Shown here: positions 56,604 to 63,956 of the stretch, piece after piece
Layout of the letters: every line of letters begins with the position of its first letter
Numbering within the stretch: position 1 is the stretch's first letter
Virus record (IMG/VR): IMGVR_UViG_3300045988_164340
Span: 96,001 to 160,000 of that record
Origin: a virus
Direction: 5' to 3' (one strand)
Length of the DNA: 64,000 nucleotides
The notes under the pieces: generated by a model
What the model saw: only the letters and a program-made list of their open reading frames with translations
Told to the model about the DNA's origin: nothing
Databases searched by the model: none
Translations under genes and position numbers: made by a program

Positions 56604-57122
56604 TTACTCCCAATCTTCCTCACAATCCTCATCCTCATCTTCATCTTCGTAGTCATTGTACTTACCCGCCAAGTCATCACGAAGAGCATTGACTGCACGA
56701 GCTTCAAGGAGAGCCTTAAGAGCCCGTTCATCCAGTTCACAATCAATGTCACGAGTGTTGCAGATTTCCTCACCAGCCTCATCAAACAAAGCCTTCTTCT
56801 CATAGCTAAGAACGCAAGGATAAGTGATACCATCAACCTTGACTTCGAGGACTTCATCAGGGTTGATTTCCTTCTCATTCATGGAAGACTCAAACTGAAC
56901 CTGAGCCATAACCTCCATAACGAGAGCCATGCCAGTTTTGTTACTGTTATCCACAATGCGCTGAATAACAGCAAGACCAGCTTCACGGTCGCGGTCATTG
57001 ACAGAACCCATGACACCCACTCGAATATTATCAATGTACAGATACTCAAGATTAGTGTCGTTTTCCTTCATAATCTGAACGCGATTGAGGGACTTCTTGG
57101 TGTTGATGTTGATGTTAGCCAT
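56604..57122 (-). CDS. protein with poly-acidic C-terminal tail
   Basis: ATG at 57122 after GGAAAGGAG; tail DYEDEDEDEDCEEDWE. Confidence 0.55.
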   Translation of the reverse strand: MANININTKKSLNRVQIMKENDTNLEYLYIDNIRVGVMGSVNDRDREAGLAVIQRIVDNSNKTGMALVMEVMAQVQFESSMNEKEINPDEVLEVKVDGITYPCVLSYEKKALFDEAGEEICNTRDIDCELDERALKALLEARAVNALRDDLAGKYNDYEDEDEDEDCEEDWE

Positions 57123-57228
57123 AGTTTGGCTCCTTTCCGTTTTAACGTCTTGAACGTGACGTAAATTTATTGAGCTTAAAGGCTCATTGAAGTGCAGGAT
57201 ATATTTCAATCCTGCACTCTATCAACCT

Positions 57229-57435
57229 TTACGGCTTTTCAATCAGGTCTTTTATTTGAGCTCTTAAACAAATTAGAGTGCCGATTCTTGTGCAACAATA
57301 ACTAATATCTGCATTGTTACCTTGGGACTTAGCTTCTTTTGCATTTTCAATTTCAATGTCCGTTGCTTGTAACAGTTCATATGCTGCTTGCTTGAGGAAA
57401 TAGTCTGCTCTACCCTGATGGGTTTTGTTATTCAT
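57229..57435 (-). CDS. small helical protein, paralog A
   Basis: DISYCCTRIGTLICLRAQIKDLIEK. Confidence 0.55.
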   Translation of the reverse strand: MNNKTHQGRADYFLKQAAYELLQATDIEIENAKEAKSQGNNADISYCCTRIGTLICLRAQIKDLIEKP

Positions 57436-57450
57436 GTTAATTGTCCTCCT

Positions 57451-57630
57451 TTACAGCTTATCAATCAAGTCTCTAGCCTGAATTTTAAGAGTCACTAGGA
57501 GGCCAATTTCAGTGCAACAATGAGAAATATCAAAGTTATCCCTTAGCTCCTTGATACGCTCAATTTCAGCATCAATTGCCTGTTGAAGAAGGTATTCCGT
57601 TCTGCGCTGGAGGTAAAGTTTGTTGTCCAT
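57451..57630 (-). CDS. small helical protein, paralog B
   Basis: DISHCCTEIGLLVTLKIQARDLIDK. Confidence 0.55.
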   Translation of the reverse strand: MDNKLYLQRRTEYLLQQAIDAEIERIKELRDNFDISHCCTEIGLLVTLKIQARDLIDKL

Positions 57631-57677
57631 AATATTACATTTCCTTTCTTTATTGAGATACAAGATATATTTTAACC

Positions 57678-58004
57678 TTAGAAGTTAACAGCAGGGAAAG
57701 TGAGCAGAAACATATTCCAACAATCCCAATTCTTATCAAGTTCTTTCAAGAGATACGAAGGAGAAATTCTCCAATCAGGATATGAAGGAATACCTTTATC
57801 TTCCAATTGGTCAACAAGTTTAATCCTGTTAAGAGTAAGAAATTCTTTTAACTTTTTCCTGTCGATTTTGTTGAATCCATCTTTTTGAATACATACAGCC
57901 CACATAATATTTTCCAAAACTGTTTTGTCATTAGAAGAATAAACAGGGTAGAAATTGACCCCATCATGGGCAATGAGGACATAATTGTAAGTCCGATTAA
58001 TCAT
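57678..58004 (-). CDS. hypothetical protein
   Basis: Track ORF, GGAGGAGG SD. Confidence 0.6.
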   Translation of the reverse strand: MINRTYNYVLIAHDGVNFYPVYSSNDKTVLENIMWAVCIQKDGFNKIDRKKLKEFLTLNRIKLVDQLEDKGIPSYPDWRISPSYLLKELDKNWDCWNMFLLTFPAVNF

Positions 58005-58006
58005 GA

Positions 58007-58165
58007 TTAAAAATCCTCCTCTTCCTGAGCAACATCAGCTTCAAAGTCATCAGACCAAGTAATATCTTCTTTGCCATAGTCCTTGACCTTAGCAAGAGCC
58101 TCAGATTCAGAATTAGCTTCAACTTCAACGGAGCCATAACGAATGAACAGAACATTGTATTTCAT
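58007..58165 (-). CDS. 52-aa acidic protein
   Basis: AAGAAAGGAAAG SD and ATG at 58165. Confidence 0.45.
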   Translation of the reverse strand: MKYNVLFIRYGSVEVEANSESEALAKVKDYGKEDITWSDDFEADVAQEEEDF

Positions 58166-58194
58166 ATTATACTTTCCTTTCTTAATGGTGTCAA
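58166..58194 (-). promoter_or_regulatory. minus-strand perfect-consensus promoter
   Basis: Reverse complement reads AAATACTTGACA, 17 nt, TATAAT; -10 abuts ATG 58165. Confidence 0.55.
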
Positions 58195-58223
58195 GTATTT
58201 AAAAAGAAATTTTTACAAACTAC

Positions 58224-58252
58224 TTGACAAGTGTTATCATTTGTGTTATATT
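58224..58252 (+). promoter_or_regulatory. plus-strand antisense promoter (module 4)
   Basis: TTGACA, 17 nt, TATATT. Confidence 0.65.
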
Positions 58253-58258
58253 ACACTC

Positions 58259-58490
58259 ATCAAGCAAAGTAGCCTGTAACTTTTACTTGATGAGTGTTGT
58301 TGATTATCATCTTTGGTTAGTTACGATGATAAATGATACGAATAATTGAGATTTGTCTATCCATATCAACATGTAAAATTTTCTACATATTAATTTCTCC
58401 TTTCGTGAGTAGTTATGTAAACAGACTTTACAGGAGTCTGGAGTCTTAAGTAAGACTGGTAGTTGGTAGCTACCAGTCTTTTCTCTTTTA
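58259..58490 (+). ncRNA. antisense RNA of module 4 (about 230 nt)
   Basis: 5' hairpin 58254-58294; terminator agactggtag / ctaccagtct 58453-58479 then T-rich. Confidence 0.5.
58317..58388 (-). CDS. micro-ORF M*KILHVDMDRQISIIRIIYHRN
   Basis: AAAGGAGA SD, ATG TAG. Confidence 0.45.
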
Positions 58491-59420
58491 CTTCTTGTAA
58501 ACCATGTAGGTAAGAAGATAATCACGAATCTTTTCAGCAGGATGACCTTCGTGTTCTTCAATCTTGTCCTGAGCAACACGAACAAACTCATCACAGCTCT
58601 TGTACTGCTTAAGATTCAACAGAAAATAGTTGAATGCCTTGGTATCTTCACAGTGCTTGTAGCAAGCAGAAATTCCTGCTAACATGCGCTGAGTATAAAC
58701 CATATCATCCTTCCAACCAGTCCCCTGAAGAACAGCGAACACAAAACGAAGAGCGTTTTCACCGTCACGTTTAACAATACGATACAGCTCTTCAACTGCA
58801 TTGATGTTATTATAACGATTGATGGTGCTATTGCGATTGGTCTTAACAGTCAGACCAAATTCCTTTGTGACCTGATTGATAATCACTGCTGTGGGCTTCT
58901 TGGCGCAAAGTTCAGCTTTATATCTTTCGTAGCCACGAAGATTAGTTTTACCTTCATTCTGGCTAGCAAACAAATCTGCTTCTTCTTCCAGAGTAAGGTT
59001 GATAAATACTTTGCAAGTGATAGCATAGATGGGGAAGCCTTTACTCTGCATATAAAGCAGAGCACTCAAGGTATGAGCACCATCCATCAAGAAGAGATGC
59101 CAAGTATTACCAACCTTGCGAATAGAAGCTGCTTTAATTTCAACCTTGTTGATATTGAAGTTATTGGTAATTTTAGCTACTTCATAGTTTTTGGGTTCGC
59201 GCTGATAGTGCAAGTCGATTTCAGGCATAAAAAGAGGAATGTCTCTAATTGCCCAGTTACGACCATCCTCTCTCTTTTCAATCTCCCTTTCCACAGAGAG
59301 CTTGAAGGCATAAACGGACTTGGACTGCTCGTTAGTGATTGCCTTGGGCTTAAGTGCATCGAGCAGGACTTCGCTGACGGACTTTTCGTTCTTAATGTTG
59401 GTGAGATTAATCTTCTTCAT
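58488..59420 (-). CDS. ParB N-terminal-domain-like (DGxH) protein
   Basis: LMDGAHTLSALL resembles the ParB/DndB DGQHR box. Confidence 0.45.
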   Translation of the reverse strand: MKKINLTNIKNEKSVSEVLLDALKPKAITNEQSKSVYAFKLSVEREIEKREDGRNWAIRDIPLFMPEIDLHYQREPKNYEVAKITNNFNINKVEIKAASIRKVGNTWHLFLMDGAHTLSALLYMQSKGFPIYAITCKVFINLTLEEEADLFASQNEGKTNLRGYERYKAELCAKKPTAVIINQVTKEFGLTVKTNRNSTINRYNNINAVEELYRIVKRDGENALRFVFAVLQGTGWKDDMVYTQRMLAGISACYKHCEDTKAFNYFLLNLKQYKSCDEFVRVAQDKIEEHEGHPAEKIRDYLLTYMVYKK

Positions 59421-59465
59421 AATTCTAAATTCCTTTCATAACTCAAAAAAGTTTGTAATTATTAC

Positions 59466-59494
59466 TTGACAGATATTATCAAGTGTGCTAAGAT
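59466..59494 (+). promoter_or_regulatory. plus-strand antisense promoter (module 5)
   Basis: TTGACA, 17 nt, TAAGAT. Confidence 0.6.
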
Positions 59495-59500
59495 AAACAC

Positions 59501-59755
59501 AAGTAGAAAGCCTACACTCTCTACTTGTGACGCAATTAAGTGGGATTAATTACGATTGTAAATGATAAAGACTATTATTATGGACCAATAATAGTCAACT
59601 GCTAAGATTTTCTACATAGCAAAGCTCCTTTCTAATTTAATAATACATTAATTCATTGTAGGCTGAATTAATGTGCGAGTGAATAAGTTGGGCTTAAACA
59701 CTCTATTGAGGGATGGAAGTTATTTTCCATCCCTCTAACAATGTTTAAACTTTTT
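59501..59755 (+). ncRNA. antisense RNA of module 5
   Basis: 5' hairpin 59500-59529; ends at conserved element 59693-59750 followed by T5. Confidence 0.4.
59546..59617 (-). CDS. micro-ORF M*KILAVDYYWSIIIVFIIYNRN
   Basis: AAAGGAGC SD, ATG TAG. Confidence 0.5.
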
Positions 59756-59939
59756 CAACTTTGTATGGCCTGCAAGTAACAATATCGAAATTGTTTACAA
59801 GCCATTCAGGTTTGGTTTTTTTAGTATTGAGGAATTTGCAAACAATGTTTGCAAGCACTTCACTGTTAAATACAGTTTTTTCCTTCATACTCATTGTGAC
59901 TGTTACGGATTTTCCGTATTTGTTTACAATCTTAAACAT
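59745..59939 (-). CDS. 64-aa hypothetical protein
   Basis: ATG at 59939 after CGGAGGTG. Confidence 0.55.
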   Translation of the reverse strand: MFKIVNKYGKSVTVTMSMKEKTVFNSEVLANIVCKFLNTKKTKPEWLVNNFDIVTCRPYKVEKV

Positions 59940-60246
59940 GCCACACCTCCGTTTTAACACCTTTGCCATTGTAATAACGACGAGCACCATAATTGGCTCT
60001 ATCACTAAAACATTCAGCACAAGGAATTAATTCCTTACGCTTTCCCTCTTTGATTTCCTTGAGTGAAAGGTTGAAGCACTGCTCAACCTCGCATTTTTCA
60101 CACGTCTTACAGGATTTACCCTTGCAGATATTTTCGCAGAAGTTGTTTTTAACTTTGCAGAGATGCTTAACACCCCAAGAGGAATTCATCTCAGCTAAAG
60201 TCTGGTCGAGAGTGTAATTACGACCCATAACACTAATCTTTTTCAT
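59932..60246 (-). CDS. Cys-rich protein
   Basis: CKGKSCKTCEKCEVEQC. Confidence 0.6.
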   Translation of the reverse strand: MKKISVMGRNYTLDQTLAEMNSSWGVKHLCKVKNNFCENICKGKSCKTCEKCEVEQCFNLSLKEIKEGKRKELIPCAECFSDRANYGARRYYNGKGVKTEVWHV

Positions 60247-60309
60247 TTTACTTTGACTCCTTTCAAGTCTGTATTAAATTTGATTTTGAATTTGTCTTAA
60301 ACTATATGG

Positions 60310-60642
60310 TTAAAAACAAACACGTTTCTTTTTGATTTTGGTAAGCATCCAACACCAAGGATTTCCAAAATCATCTTCAAGAGGAGTAACCTTAATGGTT
60401 ACAAGCACCTCAGTACTGAGATGTTCAAGCACATATTCGAGATTTTTAAGAGAGAAAACATATCTCTCTTTTGTATCATCTTTGGTACTTTTTGCGCACC
60501 ATTTGATGATTTCTTTCAAACTTGAATCAATCAAGCAGTTCAAATTCCCATACGTATCAAGCGCTCTACTAAGAGAAGGCGCTTCTAAATAAGTAGGGTT
60601 GTTTGTAATGGAGCGAATATTGTTTTTCATTTTCTTAGACAT
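60310..60642 (-). CDS. hypothetical protein
   Basis: Track ORF. Confidence 0.6.
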   Translation of the reverse strand: MSKKMKNNIRSITNNPTYLEAPSLSRALDTYGNLNCLIDSSLKEIIKWCAKSTKDDTKERYVFSLKNLEYVLEHLSTEVLVTIKVTPLEDDFGNPWCWMLTKIKKKRVCF

Positions 60643-60679
60643 GACTTTAATTCCTTTCTTTTGTCAAATTGATTAATAC

Positions 60680-60871
60680 TTATACTTGCTTGAGATATTT
60701 AAGGTTTAACTCTAATTTGGAATCCATGATTAAACCCTTTTCTCTTTTGATGCGACCTCTGAGATTATTCAGCGCTTGTTTCTCAGAAGAGGCCATTGTG
60801 TAACCAGAATAATGACAATAATAGTCATGCCATCTGGTTACTGGGCCCTCATAATAATATTTGAGCTTCAT
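60680..60871 (-). CDS. hypothetical protein
   Basis: Track ORF. Confidence 0.55.
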   Translation of the reverse strand: MKLKYYYEGPVTRWHDYYCHYSGYTMASSEKQALNNLRGRIKREKGLIMDSKLELNLKYLKQV

Positions 60872-60888
60872 ATATACCTCCTTTCAAC

Positions 60889-61134
60889 TCAAATAAACTC
60901 TGAGACTTTACCCTCTTCATGGACATAGCCTCCAAGAACTTCAGGACATGACTGGAAATAACCAGACGCATCCTGAATGTGTACGAGAATGGTATCATCC
61001 ATATTCAATGAGCCATTTCGTACTTTCATTCTGAGAGAATTGCGAATTCGTTTCCAAATTTCGCTTCTTTCTTCGAATACATCATAGATGACTTTGCCAT
61101 CTTTTTTGATGTATCCTTTGTACCATCTTGTCAT
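60889..61134 (-). CDS. hypothetical protein
   Basis: Track ORF. Confidence 0.55.
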   Translation of the reverse strand: MTRWYKGYIKKDGKVIYDVFEERSEIWKRIRNSLRMKVRNGSLNMDDTILVHIQDASGYFQSCPEVLGGYVHEEGKVSEFI

Positions 61135-61595
61135 TTGTTTTCACCCCCTTTCTCATGATTCAGGGCAGCTCTTCTTAATTCATCCTGAGAATTATAATAC
61201 TGCTCAAAAGCATCACAACCTTCCCAAGAAATTTTAGATTGAAGCTTTGCAAGCTTTTCAGAGACTTCTGCCAAGTTTTTTTGTGCCTCTTCAAGAGCAG
61301 ATTCCTGTAATGCAATATATGTATCCATTGCAACATTCTTTGCCATAAGAATGGCAGTGAATTCATCTTTGAAGTAACCTTCATAATGTTGAGGCATAAT
61401 ATGTGTTTTCATTTCATTAAAGGTGCTTTCGCGGATGAATTGTTCTCTCAATTCGCCTGAAGCTAGAAAATATACAGGATTTTCATTAGTATTATGAATA
61501 TTCTGAATTTTGTACACTACCATGGTGTTCATGGTAGTAGGCTGACGGTAAATCACGGTATATACATACCCATCTAACGTTGTAATCTTTTTCAT
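61131..61595 (-). CDS. hypothetical protein
   Basis: ATG at 61595 after AGAAAGGAAAA. Confidence 0.55.
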   Translation of the reverse strand: MKKITTLDGYVYTVIYRQPTTMNTMVVYKIQNIHNTNENPVYFLASGELREQFIRESTFNEMKTHIMPQHYEGYFKDEFTAILMAKNVAMDTYIALQESALEEAQKNLAEVSEKLAKLQSKISWEGCDAFEQYYNSQDELRRAALNHEKGGENK

Positions 61596-61623
61596 TTCTT
61601 TTTTCCTTTCTGCTCTTTTGAGC

Positions 61624-61652
61624 TTGACAAATCTTTGTTTGTGTGTTATACT
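61624..61652 (+). promoter_or_regulatory. plus-strand antisense promoter (module 6)
   Basis: TTGACA, 17 nt, TATACT. Confidence 0.65.
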
Positions 61653-61658
61653 TGCTAT

Positions 61659-62010
61659 TGTAATAAGAAAAGTGGTTGACCAATCCACTCTTCTTATTAA
61701 ATTGATTAGTCTAAGTCTAACTTAGATATATCTATCTGGAAGAATTCAATCAGCTATTCAACACTTAGGTGTTGCATATACCAATTAAACTCAAATTCAG
61801 AAGTGATATACTACTTCAGAATAGAACCAATCTTTGCTTTATTACTAAAACTATCCTACATGAATTCCTCCTTTCTTTTAACTTGTTAGTGCTGGTGACT
61901 AACTTGTTATTCATTATCTTATTGGTCAGATAAGATAGAGAGCTTATTCCCATTAAGCACTCTATGAAGGGTAGGAGCATATGTTCCTGCCCTTTAACAA
62001 TGCTTAACCG
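61659..62010 (+). ncRNA. antisense RNA of module 6 (3' end uncertain)
   Basis: 5' hairpin 61660-61698; conserved element 61953-62007. Confidence 0.35.
61706..61861 (-). CDS. 51-residue ORF starting ATG-TAG with two more TAG codons
   Basis: AAAGGAGG SD; M*DSFSNKAKIGSILK*YITSEFEFNWYMQHLSVE*LIEFFQIDISKLDLD. Confidence 0.4.
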
Positions 62011-62339
62011 ATGTAACGTTCCTTGAGAGAACGTGCTTCCATAATGAAAGATTCAAAATCTTCGTTGGAAGTAATTTGTATTCTTTTTTCTTTGATTGGT
62101 CTAGCTATCATATTAAGTTTAGATAGTGTGTATTCACAATACAACTTTATATAATAAGTTGTGTTGTTTTCATTTAACACTCTATCAGGAGAGACATATA
62201 CGTGAAGCCAATAATCTTTCCCAAAGTGTGACTGAGCAAATGCTCCTCTATCTTCCCACTGAGCGAATACTTCAGTATCTTCCCAAGGTTTTGCAATACC
62301 AACTAACATATTGCAGATATCATGGACGGCTAATTTCAT
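62004..62339 (-). CDS. hypothetical protein
   Basis: Track ORF. Confidence 0.6.
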   Translation of the reverse strand: MKLAVHDICNMLVGIAKPWEDTEVFAQWEDRGAFAQSHFGKDYWLHVYVSPDRVLNENNTTYYIKLYCEYTLSKLNMIARPIKEKRIQITSNEDFESFIMEARSLKERYIG

Positions 62340-62366
62340 TTTCTTTGATTCCTTTCTATTAAACCA

Positions 62367-62395
62367 TTGACAAGTACAACTTTATATGTTATACT
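62367..62395 (+). promoter_or_regulatory. plus-strand antisense promoter (module 7)
   Basis: TTGACA, 17 nt, TATACT. Confidence 0.65.
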
Positions 62396-62401
62396 TATTA
62401 T

Positions 62402-62628
62402 TAGAATAAGAGAAGTGCCTACACACCTCTCTTATTAATGAGCTTTTATTCTTCTTAGAAGTTATAGTTCTTTAGAATTACAACTACAACGACGTTTAAA
62501 GAATAATCGACTGAAATAATCTTCTTCATTATTTATTACCTCCTTAAGAAGATAAAAGCAAACAAGAATGTAGGTCCTTATTTACTACAGAGGAGAGATA
62601 GGGGGATATCTCTCCTTCTGTTATGTTT
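62402..62628 (+). ncRNA. antisense RNA of module 7 (about 225 nt)
   Basis: 5' hairpin 62405-62436; terminator ggagagata / tatctctcc 62592-62615 then T-rich. Confidence 0.5.
62455..62529 (-). CDS. micro-ORF MKKIISVDYSLNVVVVVILKNYNF (AAG at codon 2)
   Basis: AAGGAGG SD; synonymous divergence from 63184 and 63396 copies. Confidence 0.6.
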   Translation of the reverse strand: MKKIISVDYSLNVVVVVILKNYNF

Positions 62629-62660
62629 GAGTAGTTTAACGACTTGCTCAGGTCGAGGAG

Positions 62661-63062
62661 TTAGTTCTGATAATCGTCACTTACCAGAACCCATTCTTCT
62701 CCATTACCATCAATGAGATGAATTGTTGTTCCATCTTCACCGATAGTAACTGACTGAAGATTACTAAACCAATTTTCAGTAGTGGTATAGGCTTCTTCAG
62801 TGCCTTTGTCGTAACCAGCGTTGTATGCGCCAGTTACGTCTTCATTAGTGCAGACCTCTGCGGGAGTGCTCTTACTGTAATCAATGTTACAGATAAGAGT
62901 AATGATGCTAATGGCAAGAATAGTCATGATAATGAACATGGCACGAGGATTCATGCTCTTCTTATGCACGATTGCTTCGATATTAATGATAACACCGTAT
63001 ACAATCATGATAATCATGATAGCCACGGCAATGATAACAATAGAATTCATGGTAATAAACAT
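62661..63062 (-). CDS. membrane protein
   Basis: GAAAGGAAA SD; two TM segments. Confidence 0.6.
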   Translation of the reverse strand: MFITMNSIVIIAVAIMIIMIVYGVIINIEAIVHKKSMNPRAMFIIMTILAISIITLICNIDYSKSTPAEVCTNEDVTGAYNAGYDKGTEEAYTTTENWFSNLQSVTIGEDGTTIHLIDGNGEEWVLVSDDYQN

Positions 63063-63095
63063 CTTTATTTCCTTTCTGGTTTTAGTGTCTTTTCC

Positions 63096-63124
63096 TTGAC
63101 AATAGTTGTTTGGTGTGTTATAAT
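63096..63124 (+). promoter_or_regulatory. plus-strand antisense promoter (modules 8 and 9)
   Basis: TTGACA, 17 nt, TATAAT with TGTGT. Confidence 0.7.
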
Positions 63125-63183
63125 GTTTTTAATAAGAGAAGCACCTATATACTTCTCTTATCTGTGTATCTTATTACACTTTA

Positions 63184-63258
63184 TTAGAAGTTGTAATTCT
63201 TAAGGATGATTACTACAACCACATTAAAAGTGTAATTGACAAATGTTATCTTCTACAT
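63184..63258 (-). CDS. micro-ORF M*KITFVNYTFNVVVVIILKNYNF
   Basis: AAAGGAGG SD, ATG TAG. Confidence 0.55.
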
Positions 63259-63395
63259 TTATTTACCTCCTTTAGAAGATAGAAGTATTTAATTGTATAG
63301 GCAACTAAATACTGAGAGCTTATTGCGACTAAGCACTCTATAAGATAGAGGAAGATATTTCTACCTTCCTCTATCCTAACAATGCTCAGTTATGC

Positions 63396-63470
63396 TCAGA
63401 AGTTATAATTCTTCAGTATCGCAACTGTTACAACATTAAGAGCATAATTTACGGAAATTATTTTCTACAT
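63396..63470 (-). CDS. micro-ORF M*KIISVNYALNVVTVAILKNYNF
   Basis: AAAGGAGG SD, ATG TAG. Confidence 0.55.
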
Positions 63471-63614
63471 GGTAATTTCCTCCTTTCCGAGTGCGATTTG
63501 GATTACTAAGCACTCTATTAAGCCCAGTATCAACTCCTTTTGGGGCGGATATTGGGCTTTAACAATGCTTAGGTATTGAGCAGTTTATTGTCATACTCAG
63601 GACAAAAGAGTGGA

Positions 63615-63956
63615 TTAGTTCTTAATCATCCACCCTTCACAACCGTATTTCTCATGGACAATCTTTCTGTTCCAGCAGTAATTTGTGCTGCCACCATCAG
63701 ACTGAGGAAAAGTGATACAAGTTTTCTGCATTAAAGTAAGAATGCCCTTCCATGCATCTTCGGTTTCTTCATTGAAAATCTCATTGAAAACGGTTTCCAG
63801 TGCTCTCCACTGGAGGAAAATTGCTCCCTGATAGCGGAAACGGTCGTAGACCTTTACAAAGGTCTCCGTGAAGGACGGGGTATTGAAGCTGTCTACTAAC
63901 TTGTCCAACCATTTATTGTTGTTGCTGATAGTAATGTTGATGTTGTTGATATACAT
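63615..63956 (-). CDS. hypothetical protein
   Basis: Track ORF. Confidence 0.6.
   Translation of the reverse strand: MYINNINITISNNNKWLDKLVDSFNTPSFTETFVKVYDRFRYQGAIFLQWRALETVFNEIFNEETEDAWKGILTLMQKTCITFPQSDGGSTNYCWNRKIVHEKYGCEGWMIKN

Larger units (their letters stand above)
63131..63575 (+). ncRNA. antisense RNA spanning two micro-ORFs (3' end uncertain)
   Basis: 5' hairpin 63131-63161; conserved elements 63329-63389 and 63505-63571. Confidence 0.4.
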
